DNA of 63,696 bases, filler included, from Chiloscyllium plagiosum (taxonomy: Eukaryota), in assembly GCF_004010195.1 (NCBI RefSeq). It is 4 parts of 2 records of this genome, joined end to end, with 100 filler letters (N's around TTAATTAATTAA, not from the genome) between each part and the next. Parts side by side here need not be neighbours in the genome. Positions count along the whole stretch, not along the records: positions 27,188 to 53,672 come from NC_057714.1; positions 53,773 to 62,560 come from NC_057714.1; 2 more parts are not named here. One strand, given 5' to 3'. Below are positions 50,566 to 62,660 of this stretch, piece by piece. Each line of letters begins with the position of its first letter. Within the stretch, counting starts at the first letter, position 1. The notes under the pieces are model-generated. The model ran no database searches, had not been told where the DNA came from, and saw only the letters and a program-made list of their open reading frames with translations. A program made the position numbers and the translations under genes.

Positions 50566-50941
50566 AGTGTGTGTGAGTGTATGTGTGTTTGTGTGTGTGA
50601 GTGTATATGTGTGTGTATGTGTCTGTGTGAGTGCAAGTGAGTGTGTGTGTGTCTGTGTGCATGCATCTGAGAGAGTATGAATGTGAGTATGTGTGAGCGT
50701 GTATGTATGTGTGTCTGTGCGTGTATATGTGTAAGTATGTGTGCAGGGGTATGTGTGTGTGTGAGAGTGTGTGTATCTGCATGTTTGTTTGTGAGTGTGT
50801 GTGGGCATGTGTGTTTGCGTGTGAGTGTGTCTGTGTGAGTGTGTGTGTATATGTGAGTGTGTGTGTGTCTGTGAGTGTGTGAATGAGAGTGTGTGTGTGT
50901 CTGTGTATGTGTGCGTGTGTGTCTCTGAGTGTGAGTGTGTC
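50566..50941. repeat. Degenerate (GT)n microsatellite tract; second tract at 51061-51140
   Basis: Direct inspection. Confidence 0.95.
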
Positions 50942-51444
50942 ACAGAATATCAGCATCATCTATGCTAATACTGCTCCTTCGGCTGCTGGCTTTCGATGCC
51001 TCTGGTGACCCCGAGGACAGCAAGGGGTCCCTCCCCAAGGGAGAAACTGCATCGTCCATCTGTGTAAGGGGGTGTGTGGGTGTGTGTCTGTATGAGTGTG
51101 TCTGTGTGTGTGAGAGAGAGAGAGAGTGGGTGTGTGTGAGAGATTCTGCAGAATGTATAAGATAGGAGCAGGAGTATGCCATTTGGCCCATTGAGTCTGC
51201 TGTCAAACTGCTCAAGGTTATTTTTTGACTCCCTCCACCATGCTTTCCCATAGTGTTCTGATAGTCCATGTCATTATTATGCAGAAATCACTGTTGGGAA
51301 GTGATTGCCTTAGAGTTCCTGCTTTTTAATTTCTTTCCAGATTCCCTAAAACCTCAGTGCACATATGTATGTTTAGGCGATCATATGGGTATATGTATGT
51401 ACGTATAGGCGTACTTATGTGCATATAGACTCATGAACGTATGT

Positions 51445-51735
51445 TTAGATTAGATTAGATTCCCTACAGTGTGGAAACAGGCCCTTCGACCCAACAAGAC
51501 CGCACTGACCCACCGAAGAGCAACCCACCCTGCCCCATTGCCCCAGATTTACCCCTGACTAATTAACCTATGGGCAATTTAGCATGGCTAATTCCAGAGC
51601 ACCCGGAGGAAACCCACGCAGACACAGGGAGAATGTGCAAACTCCACACAGACAGTTGTCCAAAGCTGGAATCGAACCTGGGTCCCTGGTGCTGTGAGGC
51701 AGCAGTGCTAACCACTGAGCCACCATGCCACCCCT
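51445..51735 (-). mobile_element. HE1-type SINE inside a (TATG)n-like low-complexity tract (about 51360-51910)
   Basis: Reverse-complement HE1 with an internal deletion. ACGTATGT lies near both ends. Confidence 0.9.
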
Positions 51736-52203
51736 AAGTTTACGTATGTACATATAGGTATATGTATGTATGTATAGGTGTATTTATGTATATATAGGTA
51801 TACATATCCAAATTGGTGTATGTATGTATATATGAGTGTATGTATGCATAGGTGCATGAATGTATGCATGAGATGAGTGTGTTTGCGTGTCTCTATGTTT
51901 GAGTGTACGTACAAAGGTGTGGGTGGATGAAATGTGTATGAGTCAGGTTCATTTATTGAGCACGTGATTTATAGAGAGTGCCCCGCCCAGCAGTTTTGGA
52001 ACTCCTTTGATGTTTTATGTCTCTTCCAGCCTTTCCATCTCTCCTCTGTTATTGGTTAAGAATTCCTGGTTTTAATAGTGGGTTCAAGTTATCCCCCACT
52101 GGAGGTCTATTTAAAATTAACAAGGGACTGACCAGTGGCTTGTCTGGTTCTGAGCACTAGTCTTTGCTCATGTTTAGTGCCTGGAATTCTCTGGGTGTCA
52201 AGA

Positions 52204-52460
52204 CTCAGAACAGGAAGAAAGACCACACCCCTCAGAATGGGAATAATGACCATACCCCTCAGAACAGGAAGATAGACCACACCCCTCAGAATGGAAATAT
52301 AGATCATACCTCTCAGAACTAGACTATAGACTTAACCCCCAGAACTGGACTATAACCCAAACCCTTCAGAACTGGATTATAGACCACACCCCTCAGAACG
52401 GGAATATAGATCACATCCCTTGGAATGGGAATACAAATCACAGCCCTCAAAACTGGAATA
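52204..52460. repeat. 27-bp minisatellite, about 9 diverged copies
   Basis: CTCAGAACAGGAAGAAAGACCACACCC starts at 52204, and related units start at 52231, 52258 and onward. Confidence 0.85.
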
Positions 52461-53672
52461 AGGGGGAGGATGTGCAGCCAGAAGTCGTGGTGCACGTTGG
52501 CACCAATGACATAGGTAGGAAGAGGGGTGGGGAGGTCATTCAGGAGCTCAGGGAGTTCAGCTGGAAGCTAAAAGCTAGGACAGACAGAGTCGTCATCTCT
52601 GGGTTGTTGCCGGTGCCACGTGACAGTGAGAGCTAAGAGAGGGTATGAAAAATCTTTGGCAGGTAGGATCAAGGATAACCCCAAGGCCTTTTATGCAAGT
52701 ATGGTGTAGGAGGGAGGGCTTCAGGTATTTGGAAAATTGGACTGCATTCTGGGGAAAGTGGACCTGTACAAGCAGGACGGGTTGCACCTGAACCAGAAGG
52801 GCACCAATATCCTGGGAGGTAGGTTTGCTAGAACTCTTCGGGGGGGGAGGGGTTTAAACTAATTTGGCAGGGGGATGGGATCCAGACTTGTGGTCCAGCA
52901 AGTAGGTTAGCTATTTTTCAGGATGTCCAAGAATGTCGGGAGGCTGTGGAGAAGGTAGCACTGACAGGGAATACTTGCAGACACAGAGATGGGTTCAACT
53001 GTGTATACTTCAATGCAAGGAGTATCAGAAATAAGGTGGGTGAACTTAAGGCGTGGATTGGTACTTGGGACTATGATGTTGTGGCCATCACGGAAACGTG
53101 GATAGAAGAGGGACAGGAATGGTTGTTGGAGGTTCCTGGTTACAGATGTTTCAGAAAGACTAGGGAGGGTGGTAAAAAAGGAGGGGGGGTGGCGTTGCTA
53201 ATTAGAAATGGTATAATGGCTGCAGAAAGACAGTTCAAGGGGGATCTGCCTTTGGAGGTAGTATGGGCTGAAGTCAGAAATAGGAAAGGAGCAGTCACCT
53301 TGTTGGGTGTTTACTATAGGCCCCCCAATAGCAGCAGAGATGTGGAGAAACAGATTGGGAAACAGATTTTGGAAAGGTGCAGAAGCCACAGGGTAGTAGT
53401 CATGAGCGATTTCAACTTCCCAAATATTGATTGGAAGCTCTTTAGATCAAGTAGATTGGACGGGGCGATGTTTGTGCAGTGTGTCCAGGAAGCTTTTCTA
53501 ACGCAGTATGTAGATTGTCCAACCAGAGGGGAGGCCATATTGGATTTGGTACTCGGTAATGAACCGGGACAAGTGGTGGGCTTGTTAGTGGGTGAACATT
53601 TTGGTGATGGTGACCACAATTCTGTGACTTTCACCTTGGTGATGGAGAGAGATAGGTGCGTGCAACAGGGCA
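52461..53672 (+). mobile_element. CR1 LINE: ORF1 SGNH-esterase end plus ORF2 APE endonuclease
   Basis: QPEVVVHVGTNDIG and DGLHLNQKG (SGNH blocks). ORF 52946-53728 contains YFNARSIRNK, ITETW, GGGVALL, YYRPP, DFNFP, LDLVL and GDHN. Confidence 0.93.
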
Positions 53673-53772
53673 NNNNNNNNNNNNNNNNNNNNNNNNNNNN
53701 NNNNNNNNNNNNNNNNTTAATTAATTAANNNNNNNNNNNNNNNNNNNNNNNNNNNNNNNNNNNNNNNNNNNN
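53673..53772. other. Artificial scaffold spacer N44-TTAATTAATTAA-N44
   Basis: Same structure as 27088-27187. Confidence 0.92.
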
Positions 53773-54650
53773 GGAAAGTTAAAGTCTCCCATAACAACCA
53801 CCCTATTACTTTCCCTCTTCTCTTGAATCATCCTCGCAATCCTTTCTTCTACGTTTCTAGGACTGTTAGGAGGCCTGTAAAAAACTCCTAACTGGGTGAG
53901 CTCACCTTTCCTATTCCTAACCTCAGCCCAGACTACCTCAGATGGTGAGTCTTCATCCATCGTCCTTTCCACAGCTGTAATACTATCTTTGACAAGCAAT
54001 GCCATACCTCCCCCTCTTTTACCCCCACCTCTGACCCTACTAAAACATTTAAACCCTGGGACCTGCAACAGCCAATCCTGTCCCTGTTCTACCCATGTCT
54101 CCGTAATAGCCACAACATCGAAGTCCCAGGTACCAACCCACGCTGCAAGTTCACCGACCTTATTTTGTATACTTCTTGCATTGAAGTATACACACTTCAA
54201 GCCACTTTCCTGTTTACAGGCACCCTCCCATGAAATTGATGCCATGTTCCTAACCTCCCTACACTCCAGGTCCTGCACCCTAAAGCTACAGTCTGGGTTC
54301 CCATGTTCTAAGAATCCATCTCAGAGGCACTCCACAAAGTCTCTTTCTTGAGGTTCAATACCATCCTGATTCTCTCAGTCTACCTGCATGTTGAAATGCC
54401 CCATAACAACTGTAGTAACATCTTTGCGACAGGCCAAATTCAGCTCCTTATTCAACTTACACCCTACATCCATACTACTGTTTGGGGGCCTGTAGATAAC
54501 TCCCAAGAGGGTCTTTCTACCCTTAGAATTTCTCAGCTCTATCCATACTGATTCTACATCCCCTGATTCTAGGTCCCCCCGCGCAAGGGACTGAATATCA
54601 TCCCTTACCAACCGGGCCACCCCACCCCCTCTGCCCATCAGTCTGTCCTT
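53773..54650 (-). mobile_element. Two adjacent CR1 APE endonuclease fragments (53773-54305 and about 54310-54650)
   Basis: YFNARSIQNK...ITETW...FYRPP...GDFNF, and GGGVARLVR...ESVWIELRN...IYRPP. Confidence 0.88.
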
Positions 54651-56535
54651 AGAAGGAAGCATATGTCAGGTATAGACAGGATAGATCAAGTGAATCCTTA
54701 GCAGAGTATAAAGGAAGTAGGAGTATACTTAAGAGGGAAATCAGGAGGGCAAAAAGGGGACATGAGATATCTTTGGCAAATATAATTAAGGAGAATCCAA
54801 AGACTTTTTACAAATACATTAAGGACAAAAGGGTAACTAGGGAGAGAATAGGACCCCTCAAAGATCAGCAAGGCGGCCTTTGTGTGGAGCCACACAAGAT
54901 GGGCAAGATACTAAACAAGTATTTTGCATCAGTGCTTACTGTGGAAAAGGACATGGAAAACATAGAATGTAGGGAAATAGATGAAAAATCATGAAAAATG
55001 TCCAAATTACAGAGAAGGAAGTGCTGGATGCCTTGAAACACAAAGGTGGATAAATCTCCAGGACCTGATCAGGGAAGCTAAAGAAGTGATTGCTGGGCCT
55101 CTTGCTGAGATATTTGTATCATCGATAGTCATAGGTGAGGTGTCAGAGATTGGCTAACGTGGTGCCACTGTTTAAGAAGGGTAGTAAGGACAAGCCAGGG
55201 AACTATAGACCATTGAGTCTGACGTCGGTGGTGAGCAAGTTGTTGGACGAAATCCTGAGGGACAGGATGTACATGTATTTGGAAAGGCAAGGACTGATTA
55301 GGGATAGCCAACATGGCCTTGTGCGTGGGAAATCATGTCTCACAAACTTGATTGAGTTTTTTGATGAAGTAACAAAGAGGATTGATGACAGCAGAGTGGT
55401 GGGCAAGATCTGTATGGACTTCAGTAAGGCGTTCAACAAGGTTCCCCATGGGAGACTGATTAGCAAGGTTAGATCTCATGGAATACAGGGAGAACTAGCC
55501 ATTTGGATACAGAACTGGCTCAAAGGTGGTGATAGAGGGTTGTGGAGGCCTGTGACCAAGGATTGGTGCTGGGTCCTCTACTTTTCATCATTTATATAAA
55601 TGATTTGGATGTGAGCATAAGAGGTATAGTTAGTAAGTTTGCAGATGACACCAAACTTGAAGGTGTAGTGGACAGCAAAGAAGGTTACCTCAGATTACAA
55701 CAGGTGGGCCAATGTGCTGAGGAGTGGCAGATGAAGTTTAATTTCGATAAATGTGAGGTGCTGCATTTTGGGAAAGCAAATCTTAGCAGGACTTATACAC
55801 TACTGGTAAGGTCCTAGGGAGTGTTGCTGAACAAAGAAATCTTGGAGTGCAGGTTCATAGCTCCTTGAAAGTGGAATCGCAGGTAGATAGGATAGTGAAG
55901 ACGACATTTGGTATGCTTTCCTTTATTGGTCAGAGTATTGAGTACAGGATTTGGGAGGTCATGTTGCGGCTGTACAGGACATTGGTTAGGCCACTGTTAG
56001 AATATTGCGTGCAATTCTGATCTCCTTCCTATTGGAAGGATGTTGTGAAACCTGAAAAGGTTCAGAAAAGATTTACAAGGATGTTGCCAGGTTGGGAGGA
56101 TTTGCGCTACAGGGAGAAGTTGAATAGGCTAGGGCTGTTTTCCCAGGAGCATCAGAAGCTGAGGGGTGACCTTATAGAGGTTTATAAAATCATGATAAAT
56201 AAACAAAGTCTCTTCCCTGGGGTGGGTGAGTCCATAACTAGAGGGCATAGATTTAGGGTGAGAGGGGAAAGATATAAAAGAGACCTAAGAGGCAACTTTT
56301 TCACACAGAGGATGGTACGTGTATGGAACGGGCTGCCAGAGGATGTGGTCGAGGCTGGTACAATTACAACATTTAAGAGGCATTTGGATGGGTTTCTGAA
56401 TAGGAAGGGTTTGGAGGGATATGGGTCGGGTGCTGGCAGGTGGGACAAGATTAGGTTGGGATAACAGGTCGGCATGGACGAGTTGGACTGAAGGCTCTGT
56501 TTCCGTGCTGTACATCTCTATGACTCTGACTCTGA
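54651..56535 (+). mobile_element. HER1/CR1 LINE ORF2 (RT) to the 3' tail, frameshifted
   Basis: PGNYRPLSLTS, DFSKAFNKVPH, KFADD and EKVQKRFTRMLPG, with tail TCTATGACTCTGACTCT. Confidence 0.95.
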
Positions 56536-56862
56536 ATAGGTAGAGTGAATGGCCAAAGACAGTTTCCCAGGGCAGAAATGGTTATCACGAGGGGGCATCG
56601 TTTTAAGGTAACTGAAGGAAGGTTATGGGGAGATGTCAGAGATTGATTCTTCATACAGAGAGTGGTGGGTGTGTGGAATGCACTGCCAGCAGTGGTAGTA
56701 GAGTCAGGTACATTAGGAATATTTAAGTGACTCTTGGATAGGCACATGGAAGATAGTACAATGAAGGGTATGTAGGTTAGTCTGATCTTAGGGTAGAATA
56801 AAAGGTCGGCACAACATCGAGGGTCGAAGGGCCTGTTCTGTACTGTACTATTCTGTTGTATG
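56536..56862 (+). mobile_element. CR1 3' end (subfamily of 6283-7230)
   Basis: Reverse complement of about 6310-6600. Confidence 0.8.
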
Positions 56863-57037
56863 AAACCTTTGTGATGATTCCAGAAATACTGGTGCTCAAT
56901 TTCCAGCACACTACCCCAGTGAGTCATAAAAAGATCATGAAGCTGCTTCATGTAATAGGATCCACATAGTGGAAGAGTTTTCAGAATTACATATGAATAA
57001 AATCATTGTACACTAAAGCCAGTCTATGTCTCAGCCA

Positions 57038-57270
57038 AGAGCTGAAAATGTGTTGCTGGAAAAGCGCAGCAGGTCAGGCAGCATCCAAGGAACAGGAGAT
57101 GTTCATCCCTTGTGGTTGGAGGGTTCCTAGGCGGAAGATGAGGCGCTCTTCCTCCAACCGTCGTGTTGCTATGGTCTGGCGATGGAGGAGTCCAAGGACC
57201 TGCATGTCCTTGGTGGAGTGGGAGGGGGAGTTGAAGTGTTGAGTCACGGGTGGTTGGGTTGGTTGGTCCT
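57038..57270 (-). mobile_element. Penelope-like fragment (GIY-YIG C-terminus plus family-B pLTR piece)
   Basis: The minus strand encodes QPNQPTRDSTLQ, then after a frameshift HFNSPSHSTKDMQVLGLLHRQTIATRRLEEERLIFRLGTLQPQGMN. It is homologous to 33160-33290. Confidence 0.8.
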
Positions 57271-57542
57271 CAGCCAGGCCTATCCACCTCCAAACTCTCT
57301 CTCTTTGTGTATTTTCTTTGTATAGATATATCTAACCACACACCTGAAATCATTGAATATTTGTGTCCCTTGCTAGTTATGTCACACAACTCTGGCCAAT
57401 GGCTGAAAGATTTCTGCTTAACCAGTCTGCACACCCCATCCTCATTCTAAGTACTCTTGGTTTAGAATTGCCTCCCCCAATATTCTAGCCCTTCATCATT
57501 ACAATAACTTTTTATTATTATTTCAAGCACCTAAATAAATTT

Positions 57543-57892
57543 TAGAATCCATACAGTGTGGAAACAGGCTATTTGGCCCAACAGGTCCATACCGATCCTC
57601 TGAAGAATATCCCATCCAGACCTATTCCCCTAGCCTATTACTTCATATTTCCCCTGACTAATGCACCTAACCTACACATCCTCGAACACTGAGGGCAATT
57701 TAGCATGCCCAATTCACCTAACCTGCACATCTTTGGACTGCGGGAGGAAACCAGAGCACCCAGAGGAAACCCACGCAGACACAGGGGAGAATGTGCAAAC
57801 TCTACACAGACAGTCTTCCGAGGCTGGAATTGAACCTGGATCCCTGGTGCTGTGAGGCAGCAGTGCTAACCACTGAGCCTCCGTGCCACCCC
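57543..57892 (-). mobile_element. HE1-type SINE
   Basis: Reverse-complement HE1, full length. Confidence 0.92.
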
Positions 57893-59092
57893 AAACTGTA
57901 GGGATTCTAAATGTAATTAAGCAAGTTCTTGGAAACTGCAATTGAGCTTCCTTTTTCAAAGAAACCAAAGTATATTTCCACACTTGTTTTTATGGGTCAG
58001 AATATCTGGAATCCTCTTGTTTGCTTCCTCTATTCTCATGCTCTTCTGAGTACCTGGGCTAGGACCACTATATTCTTTCCGAAAATGCTTCATTCCCAAT
58101 TACTTGTCGACTCTGTATACCCACCTTTTCAACAGCTACTTCTCATCAGACACTCAACTTTTCCTACTACCTTGTGAAGATTCTTTCCATCCTGAATATT
58201 TCTTAGTTCAAGTACCTCCCTCCATATCTCTCTCAATACCATTCTGAAGCAGGCTGGTATGAAGAAGCTGTGCTGTCTTGGAAAATGTTTCTCTGGTCTC
58301 AGCAACTAAAAGTTCGGCTGTTTCTAGTTGAGTGAACTCAGCTCAAGCTGGAATCTGAAGATGTAAACTCTTCATCCCTCTAACTTAATGCAACAACTAG
58401 CAAGTGCTGCATCTTACTGTAACATCCTTCTCTACATTTTTAAAAAATTCGCTCATGGGATCTGGGTGTCGCTGGCTAGATTGCCCTTCTCTAATGGCTA
58501 TATTGCCTATCCCTAATTGCTATAAAATGATGAGCTGCCTTCTTGAACCACTGCAGTCCTTGGAGTGTGAGGACACTTGCATTTCTGTTGGAAAAGGAGT
58601 TCTAACATTTTGACCCAATAACAATGAAGGAACAGCCAATATAGTTCCAAGACAGGATGGTGTGTACCCTGAGGTCTGAAGAAGTATTGCATCAGACATG
58701 AAACATTACCTCTGCTCATCTCTCCACAGAGGATGCCAAAACTGCTGAGTTTCTGCAGCATTATTCTTTTATTATTTCAGAATTTCAGCACTCACTGTAT
58801 TTTTGTTTTAATTGGCCCTGTCCTTCAAAGGGGTAAAGGTTACAGGTTAATTTCTGGTTTCTTGTATATGATCTGAGAGGAAAACTATGCCTTAAACTAA
58901 AATGCTCACGTTTGAACTCTGATAACTCTAATTGCATTGCTGGGTGATCGTCGCCATTAGTTAGGGAACCACTACAGCTCTGAGCAAGATAATTTCCACG
59001 TCTTCTGATGAAAAGGTGCAATAAACATTGCAAGTGCAGTTCATATTTTAAAATAACTCTAACATATCCAAAGGAACACATTATTACAATTA

Positions 59093-59790
59093 GAAAAAGA
59101 CTTGCATTTCTACAATGCCTTTCACAGTGCCTCTTAATATTACAAATTGCTTTATAACCAATGAAAAACAATAGCTGTTGTGACAAGAAAACATGCAGCC
59201 AATTCACAGACCACAAGACTCTACAATCAGCAACAGGATAGTGAATTTGTTTTGGTGAGATTGGCTGAGACTAAATAATAGCCAGAATAACTGGCAAGAG
59301 TGCCCCTGCTTTTCTTTAAGTAGTGCCCTGGGCTTGTTCACATCCAAATGGGGCCTTGACTTAATAACTCACCTGAAAGACAACATCTCTGACAGTGCAT
59401 CACTTAGAAGCAGTAGATGTGCTGCATTTAGATTTTCAAAAAGACACATGACATTAGTAAACAAAATGTAAACAAATTGTCAGTCAGAAAGCAGTAGGAA
59501 TAAACAGGTCATTTTTGGGCACGCAGTCTGTTCCTACCGGGGCAAGGAGTGCTGCTGAGGTCACAGCTGCTCAAAATTTCTGAATGATTTGAATATGGGA
59601 GCCATAGTAGAGGATCAGCCATGATCTAACCTCATGGTAGAGCAGGTTCGATGGGCTGACTGCCCCACGCTTGTTACTATATTCTTTCGCAATACTGCAC
59701 TAATGTTCTCACATTTCTAGACTGGGAATTGAACCCACAATCTTCTGAGGCAGAGCGTGGGAATGCTTTCAATAAGCCACAGCCAACGCA
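59093..59790 (-). mobile_element. DeuSINE (SacSINE1-like), decayed, split by an old CR1 fragment (about 59405-59680)
   Basis: Tail AAAAAGACTTGCATTTCTACAATGCCTTTCAC, Deu-like CCCCTGCTTTTCTTTAAGTAGTGCC, and head TTGAACCCACAATCTTCTGAGGCAGAG...AGCCACAGC (reverse complement of the tRNA-like head). Confidence 0.7.
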
Positions 59791-60830
59791 AAAATAAGCA
59801 AGTGTTGAGAACATCAAGTAAGTGACGTTAAAGGAAGTTTTGGGAGAAATCAAACCGCTTTTCAACAGAAGAACAGTAAAAATGCTAATTGTAGCCTTGT
59901 TCTGTACCACTGTGGTGAGTGTTAGGAAAGATATTGCATAATTTCTGTCTGAAAGGCTTCTCCTTCTTCAAGGACAATTGATTTTTTATGTTCTATCAAG
60001 GGTCCCATGCTGCTGAAACCTATTGATTTCCATTGTTTCACAGATCATGATTTCAATGAAAAAGATTGAGCAGCAAGTATGAAACGTAGAGCTCAGAACA
60101 ACGGAGGGGCAGAATAAAGAAATTTACAGTCTCTTAGACTCTCTTCAAGTTCACCTTTGGCATTTAATTATATTCATTTTAAAAACGAAAGGTATGTATT
60201 TGACTTAAATGGCACCTCCCATTTCAGAAAAACGCACCGTATCTTCCAGCCTCCACCTCCAATCTCAACATCTGAGACTCGAGTGTATAATTCATAAGGT
60301 GGCAAAAATATTCCAGTGCAATGAAATAAACTTGCAATTTCTATGAGTCTTACAATCTCTTATGCTGAACAGCATACCTCTCTCCCCAAAAGTAGATTTT
60401 GGACAAACAGTTTTCAGAACCAAGTTGAATGATCATGTCAGACATCCTACCAGTAAAAACAAGAAAATTGTTGGGTAAAAATATAGCATTGCCACAATAA
60501 CAGCACTGCTTCTTTCCAGAGACATTTTCGCCCTCAAAGCATATAATTGATTTTAACATCAGTGTCTAATCAGACAGATTTGAAATTAGATGCAGAGTGA
60601 GATCCTACAATTAAGAGTGGTTTGAATACGTATTTCCAATAAGTGATATGCACTGCATAAAGTAATTGTTGAAATAGATTACCAAAACGGAATCTAATTG
60701 AGCTTAGATGATGTATTCTCATAAACTTCAGGTTTGCCATAGAAAGGTTTTGGATAATTCAGTAGCTACAGTAATCTAACACCTCACCCTTTCTGATCAA
60801 AGGTTTATCTTCACCGCCAATGTTCAGTCA

Positions 60831-61031
60831 TGATGTGGAGATGCCAGTGCTGGACTGGGGTGGACAAAGCTAAAAATCACACATCAGCAGGTTATGTTCC
60901 AACAGGTTTATTTGGAAGCATCAGCTTTTGGAGCGCTGCGCCACAACCACCTGATGAAAGAGCAGTGCTCCGAAAGATAGTGCTTCCAATTAAACCTGTT
61001 GGACTATAACCTGGTGTTGTGTGATTTTTCA
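60831..61031. mobile_element. Inverted Penelope pLTR pair (family A)
   Basis: 13-bp TSD CAATGTTCAGTCA at 60818-60830 and 61032-61044. The plus-strand motif is CAC-CTGATGA (60951-60957)-AAGAGCAGTGCTCC-GAAAGATA-GTG. Confidence 0.85.
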
Positions 61032-62560
61032 CAATGTTCAGTCAGACAATTGCATGACCCACAGGGCCACAGCAATGAAATCCCTTGTTACAGGCAGTGG
61101 ATGCAGTCACATGGTTCACCAATCTCGTGATCAACACATTCATGAGAGAAAGACTAGGTGAATCAAGTTTGTAATTACAAACTTAGTTTGTAATTAGCAA
61201 ATGCATGTGAAGGAGGAAGTGAATATGCCTTAACTTAATTCAGAAATACTCATAGAAAGTAACAAACATCCCTTATTGTTACCGTTAAAACTTATATAAT
61301 CAGTAATCTTTCTGGTAACTTTATGGTGAGGAGTAAGCTGTTTAGAGGAGATCGGAGGAAAAATGTTTTCACCCAGTGGGTGGTAGAAATATGGAACATG
61401 CTGCCTGAAAGGGCAGTGGAGCAGGTATTCTTCCAACATTTAAGCAGCATCTGAATGAGCACGTAAAATGCCAGGGCACAGTTAGCTACGGACCACGTGT
61501 AGGTAAATGGACATTTGTTGGTCAGCATTGGCATGGTGAGTAAAAGGGCCTGTTTCTATGCTGTGTGAATCTGTGAATCTCTTTAAATTTCCTCTGTGAA
61601 GCAACTTGACACCTTTACAGTATAAATGCAAGCTGTTGTTAGGCATATGTGCAACTGTCATAATGACTTAACCATGAGTAAAAAAAAACAAGAACACAAG
61701 ATTGTCTCCATATACAAAGTAATTAACACAAGAAGCTGCAACTATGAAGAGTGATCAATTTACTTGGTTCCTGCAAATGCAATCCTAAAACTCTTGGATT
61801 ACAAGCATCCTGGTCATTCCATATGTGTATTGCACAATATAACTGCTAAAAGATTGTTTTAAATTTACAATCTTTTTTAATTGTAAATTGTTTTACTTCA
61901 TTTGCTTTTATCCAACTTGCTTGAAAGTGACCCTTTGTTGAGATTTATTTCCAAGGGCAGTTGTTACTCTTGTGGAGATCACTTAAATTGGTCTATGAGT
62001 TGCACTGCAGTATCCTACAAATTACTGGATCCACATTAAGCATCACAACTGAGTTCAGTTCTGTCCACAACCTGGTCATTTTTCAAAGAGGTAACCAGGT
62101 GTGCAGATGAGGGCAATGCATTCAACATAGTCTTCTTCTACTATGGCCAGGCTTTTGATATGTTAATGATCAGTCTTCCATCTGAGACCTAAGAGGCAAT
62201 GGGATCCAAGGAAACTTGACTAATTGGATCCCAATAGCTGAGTGGCAGGAAGCTGAGGGTGATGATTGAAGGGCATGTTTTTGACTGGAAGCCTGTCTTC
62301 AGTGGCGTTCATCAGGGAACTATGTCAGGGCGCTTGCTATTTGTAGTATATCTATAATGATTTAGATTTGAGTAGAGTCATAGAGTTATACAGCACGGAA
62401 TAAACCCTTAGTTTATTGGCTTGGAGAGGGTGGATGCTAGGAAATTGTTTCCGTTAGGCGAGGAGACTAGGACCCGTGGACACAGCCTTAGAATTAGAGG
62501 GGGTAAATTCAGAACAGAAATGCGGAGACATTTCTTCAGCCAGAGAGTTGTGGGCCTGTG

Positions 62561-62660
62561 NNNNNNNNNNNNNNNNNNNNNNNNNNNNNNNNNNNNNNNN
62601 NNNNTTAATTAATTAANNNNNNNNNNNNNNNNNNNNNNNNNNNNNNNNNNNNNNNNNNNN
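62561..62660. other. Artificial scaffold spacer N44-TTAATTAATTAA-N44
   Basis: Same structure as 27088-27187. Confidence 0.92.

Noticed and set aside
50332..50959. His/Thr-rich ORFs
   Set aside because: They are translations of (CA)n low-complexity sequence.
59869..60083. Possible small exons (TTTTCAACAG|...GTG|GTGAGT and TTGTTTCACAG|) giving MLIVALFCTTV-IMISMKKIEQQV
   Set aside because: There are splice-like motifs only, with no recognisable homology. Such motifs arise by chance and need RNA evidence.
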